Translations under genes and position numbers: made by a program | In this document: positions 53,212-62,553 of the stretch, piece after piece | How the letters are laid out: each line of letters starts with the position of its first letter | Numbering within the stretch: the first letter of the stretch is position 1 | Assembly: GCA_963761335.1 (NCBI GenBank) | Contig: CAVXGR010000018.1 | Location: 800,001-864,000 of the forward strand | From: an uncultured delta proteobacterium | GTDB taxonomy: Bacteria > Desulfobacterota > Binatia > HRBIN30 > BPIQ01 | DNA length: 64,000 nucleotides | Direction of reading: 5' to 3' | Notes under the pieces: generated by a model | The model's database searches: none | Told to the model about the DNA's origin: nothing | The model's input: the letters and a program-made list of their open reading frames with translations, nothing else

Positions 53212-54423
53212 CTAGTAGAGAACCCGCGCCTCCCGGAGGCGTTCGACCTCGCCTGGCGAGTAGCCGAGAATCTCGCACATCACGTAGGCAGTGTGCTCCC
53301 CGAGGCAGGGTGCCGCATGGCGCACCGCGAGCGGGCTGCCGTGCAGCTTCCAGGGAATACCGAGGTGCTGGCGAACGCCCACCTCGGGGTGCTCGATCTC
53401 GGTGAAGAAGCCGCGGCTCTGCAAGTGGGGGTCGCCTGACAGATCTCGATTGGTCATCGATGGGCAGGCGGGGATTCCCAGCGCCAGCAGGGTCCCCGCC
53501 ACCGCCTCGGGTGTCTGCTCTCGCGTCCACACCGCGACCGTGGATTCGAGCGCATCCTCGTGCTGCTTGCGGCCGGCGGTTTCGGCGAAGCGGCGATCAC
53601 CCTCGAGGCAGAGCAGGGGAGCGAGCCGCCGCCACTCGGCATCGCTGCGCACGGCGATGGCGACCCAGCGATCCCTGCCGGCGCAGCGGAACACACCATG
53701 CGGTGCCATGTGCGGATCGCGGTTGCCCTGCCGCCCCGGCTGGGTGCCGTTCATCACCTGCTCCATCAGGCCCTCGGGCAGCACGGCCACGGCGGTCTCC
53801 TCCTGGGACAGATCGATGTACTGGCCGCGTCCGGTGCGCTGGCGATAGAGCAGGGCGGCGAGCACGGCGACGGCGCCGTGCAGCCCCGCCGTCGGATCTC
53901 CGTAGGAGATGCCGACGTGCATCGGCGGCCAGCCGGCGTAGCCGGTCAGTGAGGACATTCCGGAGAGAGGTACCTGCGCCGGACCATAGGAGACGAAGTC
54001 CCGCTCGGGGCCGGTGGCACCGTAGCCGGACATGGCGATCATGATCAGGTCGGGCCGCACCTTGGCCAGGGCCGCGTAGCCCAGGCCGATGCGGTCCATG
54101 ACGCCGGCGGCGAAGTTCTCGCAGACGATGTCACTGCGGGCCACCAGCTCCTTGGCGATGCGCACGGCCTCGTCCTTCTTGAGATCCAGGCTCAGGCTCA
54201 GCTTTCCCTGGTTGTACTGATTGAAGTAGCCGCTGCGGTTGATGCCCGGTTGCCCATCCGCCCACGGCGGCAGCAGGCGGGTGACGCAGGTGCGGCTCAG
54301 GGTCTCGACGCGCACCACCTCGGCGCCGAGATGGGCGAGCTGCAAGGTGCAGAAGGGGCCGGCCCACACCCAGGTGAAGTCGGCGACCCGGATTCCCTCC
54401 AGAGGACGGCGGCGCGCGGGCAT
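53212..54423 (-). CDS. Class III CoA-transferase (CaiB/BaiF), Asp-containing subunit
   Basis: PLEGIRVADF...AGP, GAEVVRVE, NQGKLSLSLDLK, ENF, SYGDPTAG, APCLGEHT; start may be 54450. Confidence 0.9.
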   Translation of the reverse strand: MPARRRPLEGIRVADFTWVWAGPFCTLQLAHLGAEVVRVETLSRTCVTRLLPPWADGQPGINRSGYFNQYNQGKLSLSLDLKKDEAVRIAKELVARSDIVCENFAAGVMDRIGLGYAALAKVRPDLIMIAMSGYGATGPERDFVSYGPAQVPLSGMSSLTGYAGWPPMHVGISYGDPTAGLHGAVAVLAALLYRQRTGRGQYIDLSQEETAVAVLPEGLMEQVMNGTQPGRQGNRDPHMAPHGVFRCAGRDRWVAIAVRSDAEWRRLAPLLCLEGDRRFAETAGRKQHEDALESTVAVWTREQTPEAVAGTLLALGIPACPSMTNRDLSGDPHLQSRGFFTEIEHPEVGVRQHLGIPWKLHGSPLAVRHAAPCLGEHTAYVMCEILGYSPGEVERLREARVLY

Positions 54424-54436
54424 TCTCTCGGACACC

Positions 54437-55714
54437 TCAGATGATCTCATCCCGGCTCAGGCTCTGCCGTTCGGTTTCCCCGAGGCCGAGGATGTCGCCG
54501 TAGACGGCGTCGTTGTGCTGGCCGAGCAGCGGCGCCGGCGAGCGCAGGCGCCATGGGCTGGCGGACATCTTGTAGGGGGCCCCGGGGTAGAGCAGCGCAC
54601 CGGCACGCGGGTGCTCCAGGGTCGCGAAAAAGCCTCGCGCCTGCAGATGTGGCGAGGCGAGCAGATCGCCCATGGTCGACACCGGGGCCAGCGGAATCCG
54701 CCGCGCCTGACCGTCGCGGTAGAGCGCGTCGACGCTCTGCTCGCGCATCCACTCGGACATCAGCAGCTTCAGCGCGTCCCAGTTGGCGGCGCGCGACAGG
54801 CGCGAGTCGAAGAGCTCCATCTCCGCCCATTCGGGGCTGCCCATCAGCTCCACCAGCGATCTCCACTGGTGCTCCTCGACGCAGCAGACGAAGATCCAGC
54901 CGTCGCGGCACTCGAAGAAGTCCAGGGGATGTAGCGGCTTCACACCGAGGCGCGAGGCGACCAGGCCCTGGTATGGCCAGTACTCGAAGGTCAGCTCGAG
55001 GATCGACGCCAGGCACTCCTGAATCGATACCTCCACGTGTTGCCCCAGTCCCGAAATCGAGCGCTCGAAGACGGCCCCCAGGGTGGCGATGGCGGCGTTC
55101 AGGCCCCCCTGGAATCCGGCCTGGCTGCCGAAGGCCTTCAGCGGCGGCATGTCGTCACTGCCCCGACCGCCGCCGTTGAGGGCGGCGATGCCGCCGGCAT
55201 TCCACAGAGTCAGGTCGGTGGCGGCATCGTTGGCGCGCCGGCCGCTCAGGCCGAAGGGCGTGATCGAGGTCATCACCAGTCGGGGGTGGCGTTGCCCGAG
55301 GTCTCCGTAGTCGAGGCCGAGAGCCGCCATCTCCGGCGGCGGCACGTCGTGGATGAGGACATCGGCATGCCCGGCCAGATCCACCAGCAGCTCTCGTCCG
55401 CGCGGATGCCGGGCATCGAGCCGGATGCCGCGCTTGTTGGCGTTGAGGCTCAAGAACAGGCCGCTGCATTCGCGGTCGGGGATGCCGCGGGGAAAGGGGC
55501 CGCGGTGGCGCGCCGGATCGCCTTCCGGGGGCTCGACCTTGATCACCTCGGCGCCGAGATCGGCCAGCAGCTTGGCAGCGTATGCCGCCGGCACCAAGCG
55601 GCCGTACTCGACGACCCGTAAACCCGCGAGAGCCTGCTCCAGAGTGTCGACCTCGAAGGCGGCCGTGTACCAGATGACGGCGGTATCGCCAAGCGGCCCG
55701 CAGCGAGGAACCAC
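54437..55714 (-). CDS. Class III CoA-transferase subunit apparently lacking the catalytic Asp
   Basis: LAGLRVVE, LADLGAEVIKVEPPEGDP, NANKRG, APLLGQHN; QAGFQGG where the partner has YGDPTAG. Start uncertain. Confidence 0.85.
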   Translation of the reverse strand: MVPRCGPLGDTAVIWYTAAFEVDTLEQALAGLRVVEYGRLVPAAYAAKLLADLGAEVIKVEPPEGDPARHRGPFPRGIPDRECSGLFLSLNANKRGIRLDARHPRGRELLVDLAGHADVLIHDVPPPEMAALGLDYGDLGQRHPRLVMTSITPFGLSGRRANDAATDLTLWNAGGIAALNGGGRGSDDMPPLKAFGSQAGFQGGLNAAIATLGAVFERSISGLGQHVEVSIQECLASILELTFEYWPYQGLVASRLGVKPLHPLDFFECRDGWIFVCCVEEHQWRSLVELMGSPEWAEMELFDSRLSRAANWDALKLLMSEWMREQSVDALYRDGQARRIPLAPVSTMGDLLASPHLQARGFFATLEHPRAGALLYPGAPYKMSASPWRLRSPAPLLGQHNDAVYGDILGLGETERQSLSRDEII

Positions 55715-55864
55715 CCGTCCGCACGCTACCCGGGCAGAGCTTGGCAGCGCTTCTCGCTTGACAGTGAGGAGCGGTTAATGGTCAGTGTCCGGGAGAAGAG
55801 CATTCGCAGAGCGGCCTGCGGTCGCGGCCGGACGGGGAGAAACAGAAGAGGTATCGAGGTATCT

Positions 55865-56569
55865 ATGATTCGCAAGGCGGGTAGCTGTCTCGTTTACGTG
55901 TGCTTGGTCGTGGCGATGCTGGGCTGCGGCCACAACGGTGGTGTCGTCGCCGGCCTCACCGGGCCGGAGCCGGCGCCGGATTCTCCGGTGGTGACCGGAG
56001 GCGTGTTGGCCCCCAACGGCGAGCTCGCCTACGCGCCGTCGCTCCTGCAGCGCTTCGCGGATCTCGTCCTGCCTACGGCGAGGGCGCTCGACCCCCGCGT
56101 GACCAACATCGGTGCCGGCGTCAACGTCGTCTTCGAGCAGCTCTACGACACCTCGACGCCCGGGCAGTTCGAGGAGGTGCGCCTCAGCAGCAGTCCGACC
56201 AATCTGAGCGGCCGCTTTGCGGTCGCCATTCCGGACTACATCGTCATTGGCGCCTGCCCGCCTCTCATGCTCAAGGTCGGTGAAGGCCCGACCCTGACGC
56301 GGGCCCTGGTCTACGACCAGAGCGATCAGGACGTCCGTCCGGAGAGCGAGGCGGTGGTGCGCCTGATCTTCTCTCTGCTCGCCGATCGACCCGCGGTCGG
56401 GATCTGCGATTTCTCCGCGGACGAGATCGCGCAGCTGACCGCCATGGTCGAGGACGATGCCGCCTCCACCTTCGGCGACAGCGTGCAGGACCTCAACGAC
56501 CGCGTCGAGCAGCTCGCCGCCGCCGACCCGGACGTGGTGAACGCCCTGAACGCCTTTGCCGGTCGCTAG
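55865..56569 (+). CDS. Lipoprotein consisting only of the scaffoldin N-terminal anchor domain
   Basis: GAGGT RBS; lipobox MLGC; APSLLQRFADLV...ARAL, LTRAL, SEAVVRLI, ICDFSADEI, AAADP.V..AL align with the 2753/5415 N-domains. Confidence 0.8.
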   Translation: MIRKAGSCLVYVCLVVAMLGCGHNGGVVAGLTGPEPAPDSPVVTGGVLAPNGELAYAPSLLQRFADLVLPTARALDPRVTNIGAGVNVVFEQLYDTSTPGQFEEVRLSSSPTNLSGRFAVAIPDYIVIGACPPLMLKVGEGPTLTRALVYDQSDQDVRPESEAVVRLIFSLLADRPAVGICDFSADEIAQLTAMVEDDAASTFGDSVQDLNDRVEQLAAADPDVVNALNAFAGR

Positions 56570-56668
56570 CAGCCCGAGCCGCTGGCGAATCCGGCGGCCG
56601 GCCCTCCCGAGCGGCTCCGGAACGGGCGGAAGCGCCCAATTCCAACGCCGTAGCGAGGAGAAATTGTC

Positions 56669-56698
56669 TTGACAAATATTGGAAGCTCAGTCCATACT
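56669..56698 (+). promoter_or_regulatory. Putative sigma70 promoter
   Basis: TTGACA-18 nt-CATACT about 100 nt upstream of 56800. Confidence 0.5.
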
Positions 56699-56799
56699 GC
56701 GGCGCACTTTCGGCAGGGATGTATGCCGGGGTCGCGCGTCAGTGGGCCGGGACGTGGGCGGTCAAAGTTGTGGTTCAGTAAGTAGGAGAGAAACGGACT

Positions 56800-58251
56800 A
56801 TGCGACGACTCGGACTTCACGCGGCGATGGCTGCCACTGCCCTGCTGATGGCAGCCCAAATGGTCGCCGCGCAGATCCCTGCAGATACCTGTACGGCCTT
56901 TCAGTCCAGTGTTGAGTTCAGCCTGGAGTGTCCGATCGACAACCCGCCCTCCACCTGTGTGGACGATGGCCTCGGTGCCCAGGCGGTGGTCTCCGCGGAC
57001 GTGGACGGCGACGGCATCCCCGACCTGGTGATCGCCAACAACGAATCGGACAACGTCAGCGTTCTCTACGGCAACGGCGACGGGACCTTCGTCGAGCCGC
57101 CCGTCAACGTCGAGGCCTTCTTCGGCCCCTCTGCCGTGGCTGTGGCGGACATGAACCGGGACGGCAAACGCGACATCGTCGTCGCCCACGACTTCGACAG
57201 CAACGTGGCAATTCTCTTGCAGGGCGCCACGCGCGACAGCTTCACTCTGGGAGGCGACCTGGGCACCGGCGACGGACCGGAGGGATTAGTGGTGGCCGAC
57301 TTCAACGGCGACGGCTTTCCCGACGCCGCCACCGCCAATTACAGCGACGACAACAGCACGGTCTCGGTTCTGCTGGGTGCCGGCGACGGGACCTTCATGT
57401 CGCGGGCCGACTACATGACCTCCACTGAGTCTTTTGTCGGGCCCTTCGCGCTCGCCGTCGCCGACTTGAACCGCGACGGCTTTCTCGACTTGGCGGTCGC
57501 CAACGCCGACGATTCACCGAGCAGTGTCGGCGTCCTCTTGGGGGCCGGCGACGGCAACTTCGACCTGCTCTCGACCTTCCCGGTCGGCCGCGACCTCGGC
57601 GGGCCGGTTTCCATTGCGATAGCGGATTTCAACATCGACAATATTCCCGACGTGGTGACCGCCAACGAGGACGACTTCACGGTGTCGGTGCTGCTCGGAC
57701 AGGGCGATGGGCAGCTGGGAACCAAGACCGACATCGAGGTGGGGATCAGCCCGGAAGCAGTTGCCGTGTCGGATCTGAACCTCGACGGCCGTCCCGACAT
57801 CGCGGTGGCCAACTCGCTGGCGGACAGCGACGGAGTGACGGTCCTGCGCGGCGATGGCTCCGGAGCCTTTCTGGCCGGCGATGCCGGCGGTTGTGCGGAT
57901 TCGGGCAATTTCGCCATCGGCGGCTTTCTTCCCACCGGCATCGCGATCGGGGATTTCAATCGCAACGGGAAGCATGATATTGCTACCGCGAACAGCGATG
58001 ACCCTTCAATGGCGGTGTCCGTATTGCTCAACAGCGGCAATCTGCTCCTGGGCGACAGCAACGCCGACGGCAGCCTCACCACCGCCGACGTCGACCAGGT
58101 CGTTCCGGAGATATTTGACGGAGACGGGTCAAACGTGATTACTGTGGCGGGTGGAACGACGCAATCGGGGCCAGGAGTAGATGGGAACAAAGATCATGTC
58201 ATCAGCGCAGCGGACATTTTGGCAGTCGCGACCATCGTGGTCGGCGGGTGA
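56800..58251 (+). CDS. Secreted FG-GAP propeller with C-terminal dockerin-like domain
   Basis: Signal ending VAA-Q; seven D-x-[ND]-x-[DN]-G-type FG-GAP repeats; C-terminal GDSNADGSLTTADVDQVV and VDGNKDHVISAADILAV. Confidence 0.8.
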   Translation: MRRLGLHAAMAATALLMAAQMVAAQIPADTCTAFQSSVEFSLECPIDNPPSTCVDDGLGAQAVVSADVDGDGIPDLVIANNESDNVSVLYGNGDGTFVEPPVNVEAFFGPSAVAVADMNRDGKRDIVVAHDFDSNVAILLQGATRDSFTLGGDLGTGDGPEGLVVADFNGDGFPDAATANYSDDNSTVSVLLGAGDGTFMSRADYMTSTESFVGPFALAVADLNRDGFLDLAVANADDSPSSVGVLLGAGDGNFDLLSTFPVGRDLGGPVSIAIADFNIDNIPDVVTANEDDFTVSVLLGQGDGQLGTKTDIEVGISPEAVAVSDLNLDGRPDIAVANSLADSDGVTVLRGDGSGAFLAGDAGGCADSGNFAIGGFLPTGIAIGDFNRNGKHDIATANSDDPSMAVSVLLNSGNLLLGDSNADGSLTTADVDQVVPEIFDGDGSNVITVAGGTTQSGPGVDGNKDHVISAADILAVATIVVGG

Positions 58252-58276
58252 AAACCCCAACGAGGAGGAGAGACCC

Positions 58277-59254
58277 ATGACAGTTTGGATGGCTCGGGTG
58301 CTTGCGGTGGCGGCGGGGGCCCTTCTGGTAGGTGCCGGCGCAAGCTACGCGCAGCTCGCGCAGTGCGCAGGGGACGGATGCGTCAACGTCTCGGTTGTCA
58401 GTCCGGCGGGCGGCCCCTTTGCCGTGGGCGACACGCTCACTGTCGGGGTGAACTTCGCGCAGGGCACTGGAGACACTCCGCCCGGCGGACGCGGTGATGT
58501 CGCGGCGATTGCCTTCACTCTCGCCATTCCCAATCTGGAGCTCGCCGATTGCAGCAGCCCGGATGCGAATGGGCTCACCCCCGCGTTCGATGTGTCCTCG
58601 GTATCGGATACGTATCGGGTCGTGATCGAGAACACCCAGTGCGTCGATGCCACTCGGACCCCTCCGCTCGACCGCACGCATTGCCTGTGCCCGACGCGAG
58701 AGGGTGACACACGCGATCCGTTCATCAACGTGGTGGTGTTCGGCCCGAAGGATCTGCCGACCCCAGGGGCTGGATCCGTCACTATTCCTCCGCTGCCGGC
58801 GAGCGGCAAGCTGCTCGACGTCAACCTGAAGGTCTCCGCCGACGCCACCGGGACGAGCTCGGCGCTTCACCTCTACAACGAGGTGAGCGATGCCGCGGCA
58901 CCGACCTTCGGTGCGCTCCTGTCGATTGGCGACACCCAGGCGGTCGACGTCACCGGCTGCCGGGGGCCAGGCGAGAGCATATCCTCGTGCACCGATCGCT
59001 CCGGGCAGTCCAACGTGACCACAGTGGACGGCCAGGTCGCCATCACCGGCACCGTCTCCTCGTGCATCGGCGACTGCAACAACGATTGCGAGATCAGCCT
59101 CCTCGAGTTGCAGCAGGCCCTGAATTTCTTCGTCAGCGATACGGAGCCGACGACTTGCCCCTCGTACGGCTCTTCGGTCAGCTTGCTCAACCTTCAAAAG
59201 GCCCTCAACGTGTTTGTTGGCCTGAACGGGGTGTGTCCACAGCCCTGTCCCTGA
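58277..59254 (+). CDS. Secreted cohesin-like + dockerin-like adaptor protein
   Basis: GAGGAG RBS; signal; VGDTLTVGVNF...AAIAFTL...LP.SGKLLDVNLKVSADA...VDGQVAI (divergent cohesin-like); CIGDCNNDCEISLLELQQALNFF...VSLLNLQKALNVF. Confidence 0.65.
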   Translation: MTVWMARVLAVAAGALLVGAGASYAQLAQCAGDGCVNVSVVSPAGGPFAVGDTLTVGVNFAQGTGDTPPGGRGDVAAIAFTLAIPNLELADCSSPDANGLTPAFDVSSVSDTYRVVIENTQCVDATRTPPLDRTHCLCPTREGDTRDPFINVVVFGPKDLPTPGAGSVTIPPLPASGKLLDVNLKVSADATGTSSALHLYNEVSDAAAPTFGALLSIGDTQAVDVTGCRGPGESISSCTDRSGQSNVTTVDGQVAITGTVSSCIGDCNNDCEISLLELQQALNFFVSDTEPTTCPSYGSSVSLLNLQKALNVFVGLNGVCPQPCP

Positions 59255-59356
59255 TCGGAATTGCGGCTGAGAGAAACTTTCAACTTGGGCTTTGCAGGAA
59301 CCAGATTGCGACGGAGAGTCGGTTCTTCTAACCGTCACTCGAAGATGGAGGATGAG

Positions 59357-60220
59357 ATGAGAGCATTCAAGGTAGCGGCTTGGACACTTTTGGCGGCGGT
59401 TGTCTCTTGGGCGATGCCGGGCATCGCCGCGGCAACGGTGAGCCTTTCGGTTGGGGATGCTTCCGGACAGCCCGGGGACATGGTGACGGTCGTGGTGTCG
59501 CTGGCGAAGACGGGAAGCGAGAGTGTCGGGTCGATCGCGGGTGTGCTCAACTATCAGGCCAGCACTCCGATCGCGGCGAACGGCACCACGCCGGTTTGTC
59601 AGGCGCTCGTCACCGTGGATCTGAGCAAGTTCGGCTTCCTTCCCACCGGGTGCACGGCCGATTCGTCCTGCACCTCCGTGAAGGCGACTTTGCTCAATAG
59701 CGCCGATACGGCGGCGGGTGATGTGTTCCAGTGCACTGTGGCCATCGCCGCCGATGCGACCCCAGGATCCTACGATCTCATGCTGACCGGCGCATCGTTT
59801 ACCGACCCCGCAGGGACGGTGGAGACTCAGATCGACGACGCAACCGGCACCATCATGGTCTTGGCGCCGACCGAGACGCCGCTGCCGACGGAGACGAGCA
59901 CCATTACGGTGACGCCGACCGAGACCAACACGCCGGAAGCAACCAACACGGCACTGCCGCCGACCGAGACCCCGATTCCCGCGGATACGAACACGCCGAA
60001 CCCGACGGCGACCGTTCCCGCGGCGACAGCGACTCCGGTGAAGAGTTCCACGCCGCTCCCGACGGCTACCGTGCCCGTCAATCCGACGAGCACCGCCATA
60101 CCCCCGGGTTTCCTCGAGGATGACGGCTGCCAGATCAGTGCAAGCGGCGGCACCGGGAATCCGTGGCTGTTGCTGATTCCGGCTGCGGTTCTGATCGGAG
60201 TGCGTCGCCGGCGCCGCTGA
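59357..60220 (+). CDS. Single cohesin-like domain + Pro/Thr stalk + MYXO-CTERM-like anchor (anchoring scaffoldin)
   Basis: LSVGDASGQPGDMVTVVVSL...GDVFQCTVAIAADATPGSY.L...FTDPAG...GTIMV; DDGCQISASGGTGNPWLLLIPAAVLIGVRRRRR. Confidence 0.75.
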   Translation: MRAFKVAAWTLLAAVVSWAMPGIAAATVSLSVGDASGQPGDMVTVVVSLAKTGSESVGSIAGVLNYQASTPIAANGTTPVCQALVTVDLSKFGFLPTGCTADSSCTSVKATLLNSADTAAGDVFQCTVAIAADATPGSYDLMLTGASFTDPAGTVETQIDDATGTIMVLAPTETPLPTETSTITVTPTETNTPEATNTALPPTETPIPADTNTPNPTATVPAATATPVKSSTPLPTATVPVNPTSTAIPPGFLEDDGCQISASGGTGNPWLLLIPAAVLIGVRRRRR

Positions 60221-60253
60221 TCCACAAGAGCCGTAAGCTAACAGTCTACTCAG

Positions 60254-60281
60254 AAAGGGGGCCAGAAATGGCCCCCTTTTT
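60254..60281 (+). terminator. Intrinsic terminator
   Basis: aaagggggcca-gaaa-tggcccccttttt. Confidence 0.85.
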
Positions 60282-60326
60282 GCTTTCTATGTCAGGCTCC
60301 GGAGGACCCGCTCAATTCGCCCGCTC

Positions 60327-62519
60327 TTGATCTTTGCGCTTCTGCTGATCGGCATACCCAGTGCCGGAGCGCAGCCGTATTCGGCGGAGATGCTGCCGAT
60401 GGGGAGGGGGGTCTCCCCGATGGTGACGGCTACCCTGGGAGCCGGGGGCAGTACCCACAGACGCGCACTGTCAGCGGCATCGCCGCCGGTGAGCCCAGCG
60501 GCACCGGCGCTGGTGGCGGTGCTCTCCTCCGCGGAGGCCGTCCGCACGCTCACCGATGCCGGTGTTCCGGTGGCTGCGCAGCTCGGGCGCGCCGTGTCCA
60601 TCATCCGCGGCGACTCCGACGTCGTCGAGCGCCTCAGCCGCATCCCGGAGGTTCTCTCGGTAAGACTGCCGCAGATGCTGCGCCTCCAGCTCGACGTACC
60701 CGGGCAGGGCTATGGAGCGGTGAAGATCCAGCAGACAGAAGGCCTCAGCGGCGCCGGCACGCTCTTCGGTATCATCGACAGCGGTATCGACTACACGCAT
60801 CTGGACCTCCGCCACGCCGACGGAACCACTCGCATCAAGGCGCTCTGGGATCAGCTGGACACGAGCTACGCCGACTCCGGGGGCACCATCGGCAGCCCGC
60901 CGCCGATGAACCAGGATGGATCGCCCGGGCGGGGGACGGTCTACACGGAGGAGCAGATCAACACCGCCCTCGACGGCTCCGGTATCGTCAACAGTGTCGA
61001 TCTGGTCGGTCACGGAACCCTGGTCGCCAGCATCGCCGCCGGCAATGGTCAGGCGACGGGGGGAGGGGAACCGTCCGGTGTCTACCTCGGCGTCGCTCCG
61101 CAGGCGGATATCATCGCCGTGCGCGCTGGAGGCGTGGACAGATCGGACACCAACATCAATGGCGACGTCATCGGCGGCCTTCAATGGATCGACGGAATGG
61201 CCACGGCCCTGGGCGAGCCAGTGGTCGTGAACATGAGCTTTGGCGGTCAGGTCGGCGCACACGATGGCACCACGCCGGAGGAGATCGCCATCGATTCGTT
61301 CGCACAACGATCTGGCCGCGCGGTGTCGGTCTCGGCAGGGAACGACGGCACCCAGGCCATTCACGCCAGTGGCTCGACTCGCAACACGGCAACCCTCGAC
61401 GTCTTCTATAGCGGGCAGAGCCCCAGGATCGTGGTCGACTGCTGGATACCCGGCTCCGACATCGTCGATCTCGGCTTCACCGATCCGGATGGCGCGGGAG
61501 TCCTCGACGCCAACGTCGCCGAGGGCCTCTGTGCCGTCACGCGCGGCAGCGTCAACAAGGTGTCCACCTGTCTCGGTGCGCCGAGTGCGCTCAACGGGGA
61601 TCGTGAGGTGATCTTCTTGGTCGAGCCGCTGACCAACTCGACACCGATTTCCTCCGGCGATTGGAAGTTCTACCTGCGCGACGAGGGTGGGGTTCAGGAC
61701 GGGACCTTCGACTGCTGGGAAGCCTCCCTGGAGCCGTTCACCAGCAACGTCGATCGCAGGGTCACCATCGGGCAGCCGGGAACGGCCAGAGGCGCGATCA
61801 CCGCCGGAGCCTGGTCGGGGCGCAGCTCGTGGCCGAGTCTCCAGGGCGAGACCGTCAAGGAAGGGCTGACGATCGGGGCCTTGGCGGCGTTCTCCAGTGT
61901 CGGGCCAACGCGCGACGGTCGCTTGAAGCCGGAGCTGACGGCCCCCGGCGAGTGGGTCCTGGGCGCCTGGTCGATTGCCGACGGCAGCGGCTCCGGTATC
62001 GCCGCCGTTCCCCCGGACCCGACGCGGGTCGCATCCGACGGCGTCCATGTGGCCGCGCGCGGTACCAGCTTCTCCGCCCCACAGGTCGCCGGAGCGATCG
62101 ACCTGCTGTTCGAGCTCGATCCGTCTCTGACGGCCGCCGACCTGCGCTCTCTGCTGACGCAGAGCGCCAGCGCCGACGAGTTCACCGGAGACGTCCCCAA
62201 TGACGATTGGGGCTTCGGCAAGCTCGACGTGCAGCAGGCGATTGCCGTCCTGCCCACGGCGCTGGCGACCTCGCCTACGGTCGAGCCGACCTCGACGCCG
62301 ACGGCGACCTCGATCCCCGCGACTGCATCGCCCACCACCACCGCGACGCACACGCTCATCCCCTCGCCAACGGCCAGCCTTCCTCGGTCGTCGGGTGGCG
62401 GTGGGAGCGGGTGCGCCGTGCGCGGCTCGGGAGGGAGGGGTGGCGGCCCACTTGCCCTCCTGGCGGCGCTCGCCGCCGTGGGGATTTCGTTTCGCCGGCG
62501 ACGGCAAACGCAATCTTGA
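60327..62519 (+). CDS. S8 subtilisin-like serine protease with inserted domain, Pro/Thr stalk and MYXO-CTERM-like tail
   Basis: Triad motifs GIIDSGID, GHGTLVASIAAG, GTSFSAPQVAG; SAGN oxyanion; SGCAVRG...LALLAALAAVGISFRRRR. TTG start uncertain. Confidence 0.9.
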   Translation: MIFALLLIGIPSAGAQPYSAEMLPMGRGVSPMVTATLGAGGSTHRRALSAASPPVSPAAPALVAVLSSAEAVRTLTDAGVPVAAQLGRAVSIIRGDSDVVERLSRIPEVLSVRLPQMLRLQLDVPGQGYGAVKIQQTEGLSGAGTLFGIIDSGIDYTHLDLRHADGTTRIKALWDQLDTSYADSGGTIGSPPPMNQDGSPGRGTVYTEEQINTALDGSGIVNSVDLVGHGTLVASIAAGNGQATGGGEPSGVYLGVAPQADIIAVRAGGVDRSDTNINGDVIGGLQWIDGMATALGEPVVVNMSFGGQVGAHDGTTPEEIAIDSFAQRSGRAVSVSAGNDGTQAIHASGSTRNTATLDVFYSGQSPRIVVDCWIPGSDIVDLGFTDPDGAGVLDANVAEGLCAVTRGSVNKVSTCLGAPSALNGDREVIFLVEPLTNSTPISSGDWKFYLRDEGGVQDGTFDCWEASLEPFTSNVDRRVTIGQPGTARGAITAGAWSGRSSWPSLQGETVKEGLTIGALAAFSSVGPTRDGRLKPELTAPGEWVLGAWSIADGSGSGIAAVPPDPTRVASDGVHVAARGTSFSAPQVAGAIDLLFELDPSLTAADLRSLLTQSASADEFTGDVPNDDWGFGKLDVQQAIAVLPTALATSPTVEPTSTPTATSIPATASPTTTATHTLIPSPTASLPRSSGGGGSGCAVRGSGGRGGGPLALLAALAAVGISFRRRRQTQS

Positions 62520-62553
62520 CGCTCGGATGCCTGTCGAATAAGAACGGGAGCCC

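Noticed and set aside
47746..55714. Anaerobic toluene (bbs) pathway or polyketide cluster
   Set aside because: No glycyl-radical enzyme, acyl-CoA dehydrogenase, hydratase or ACP here; family-level similarity only.
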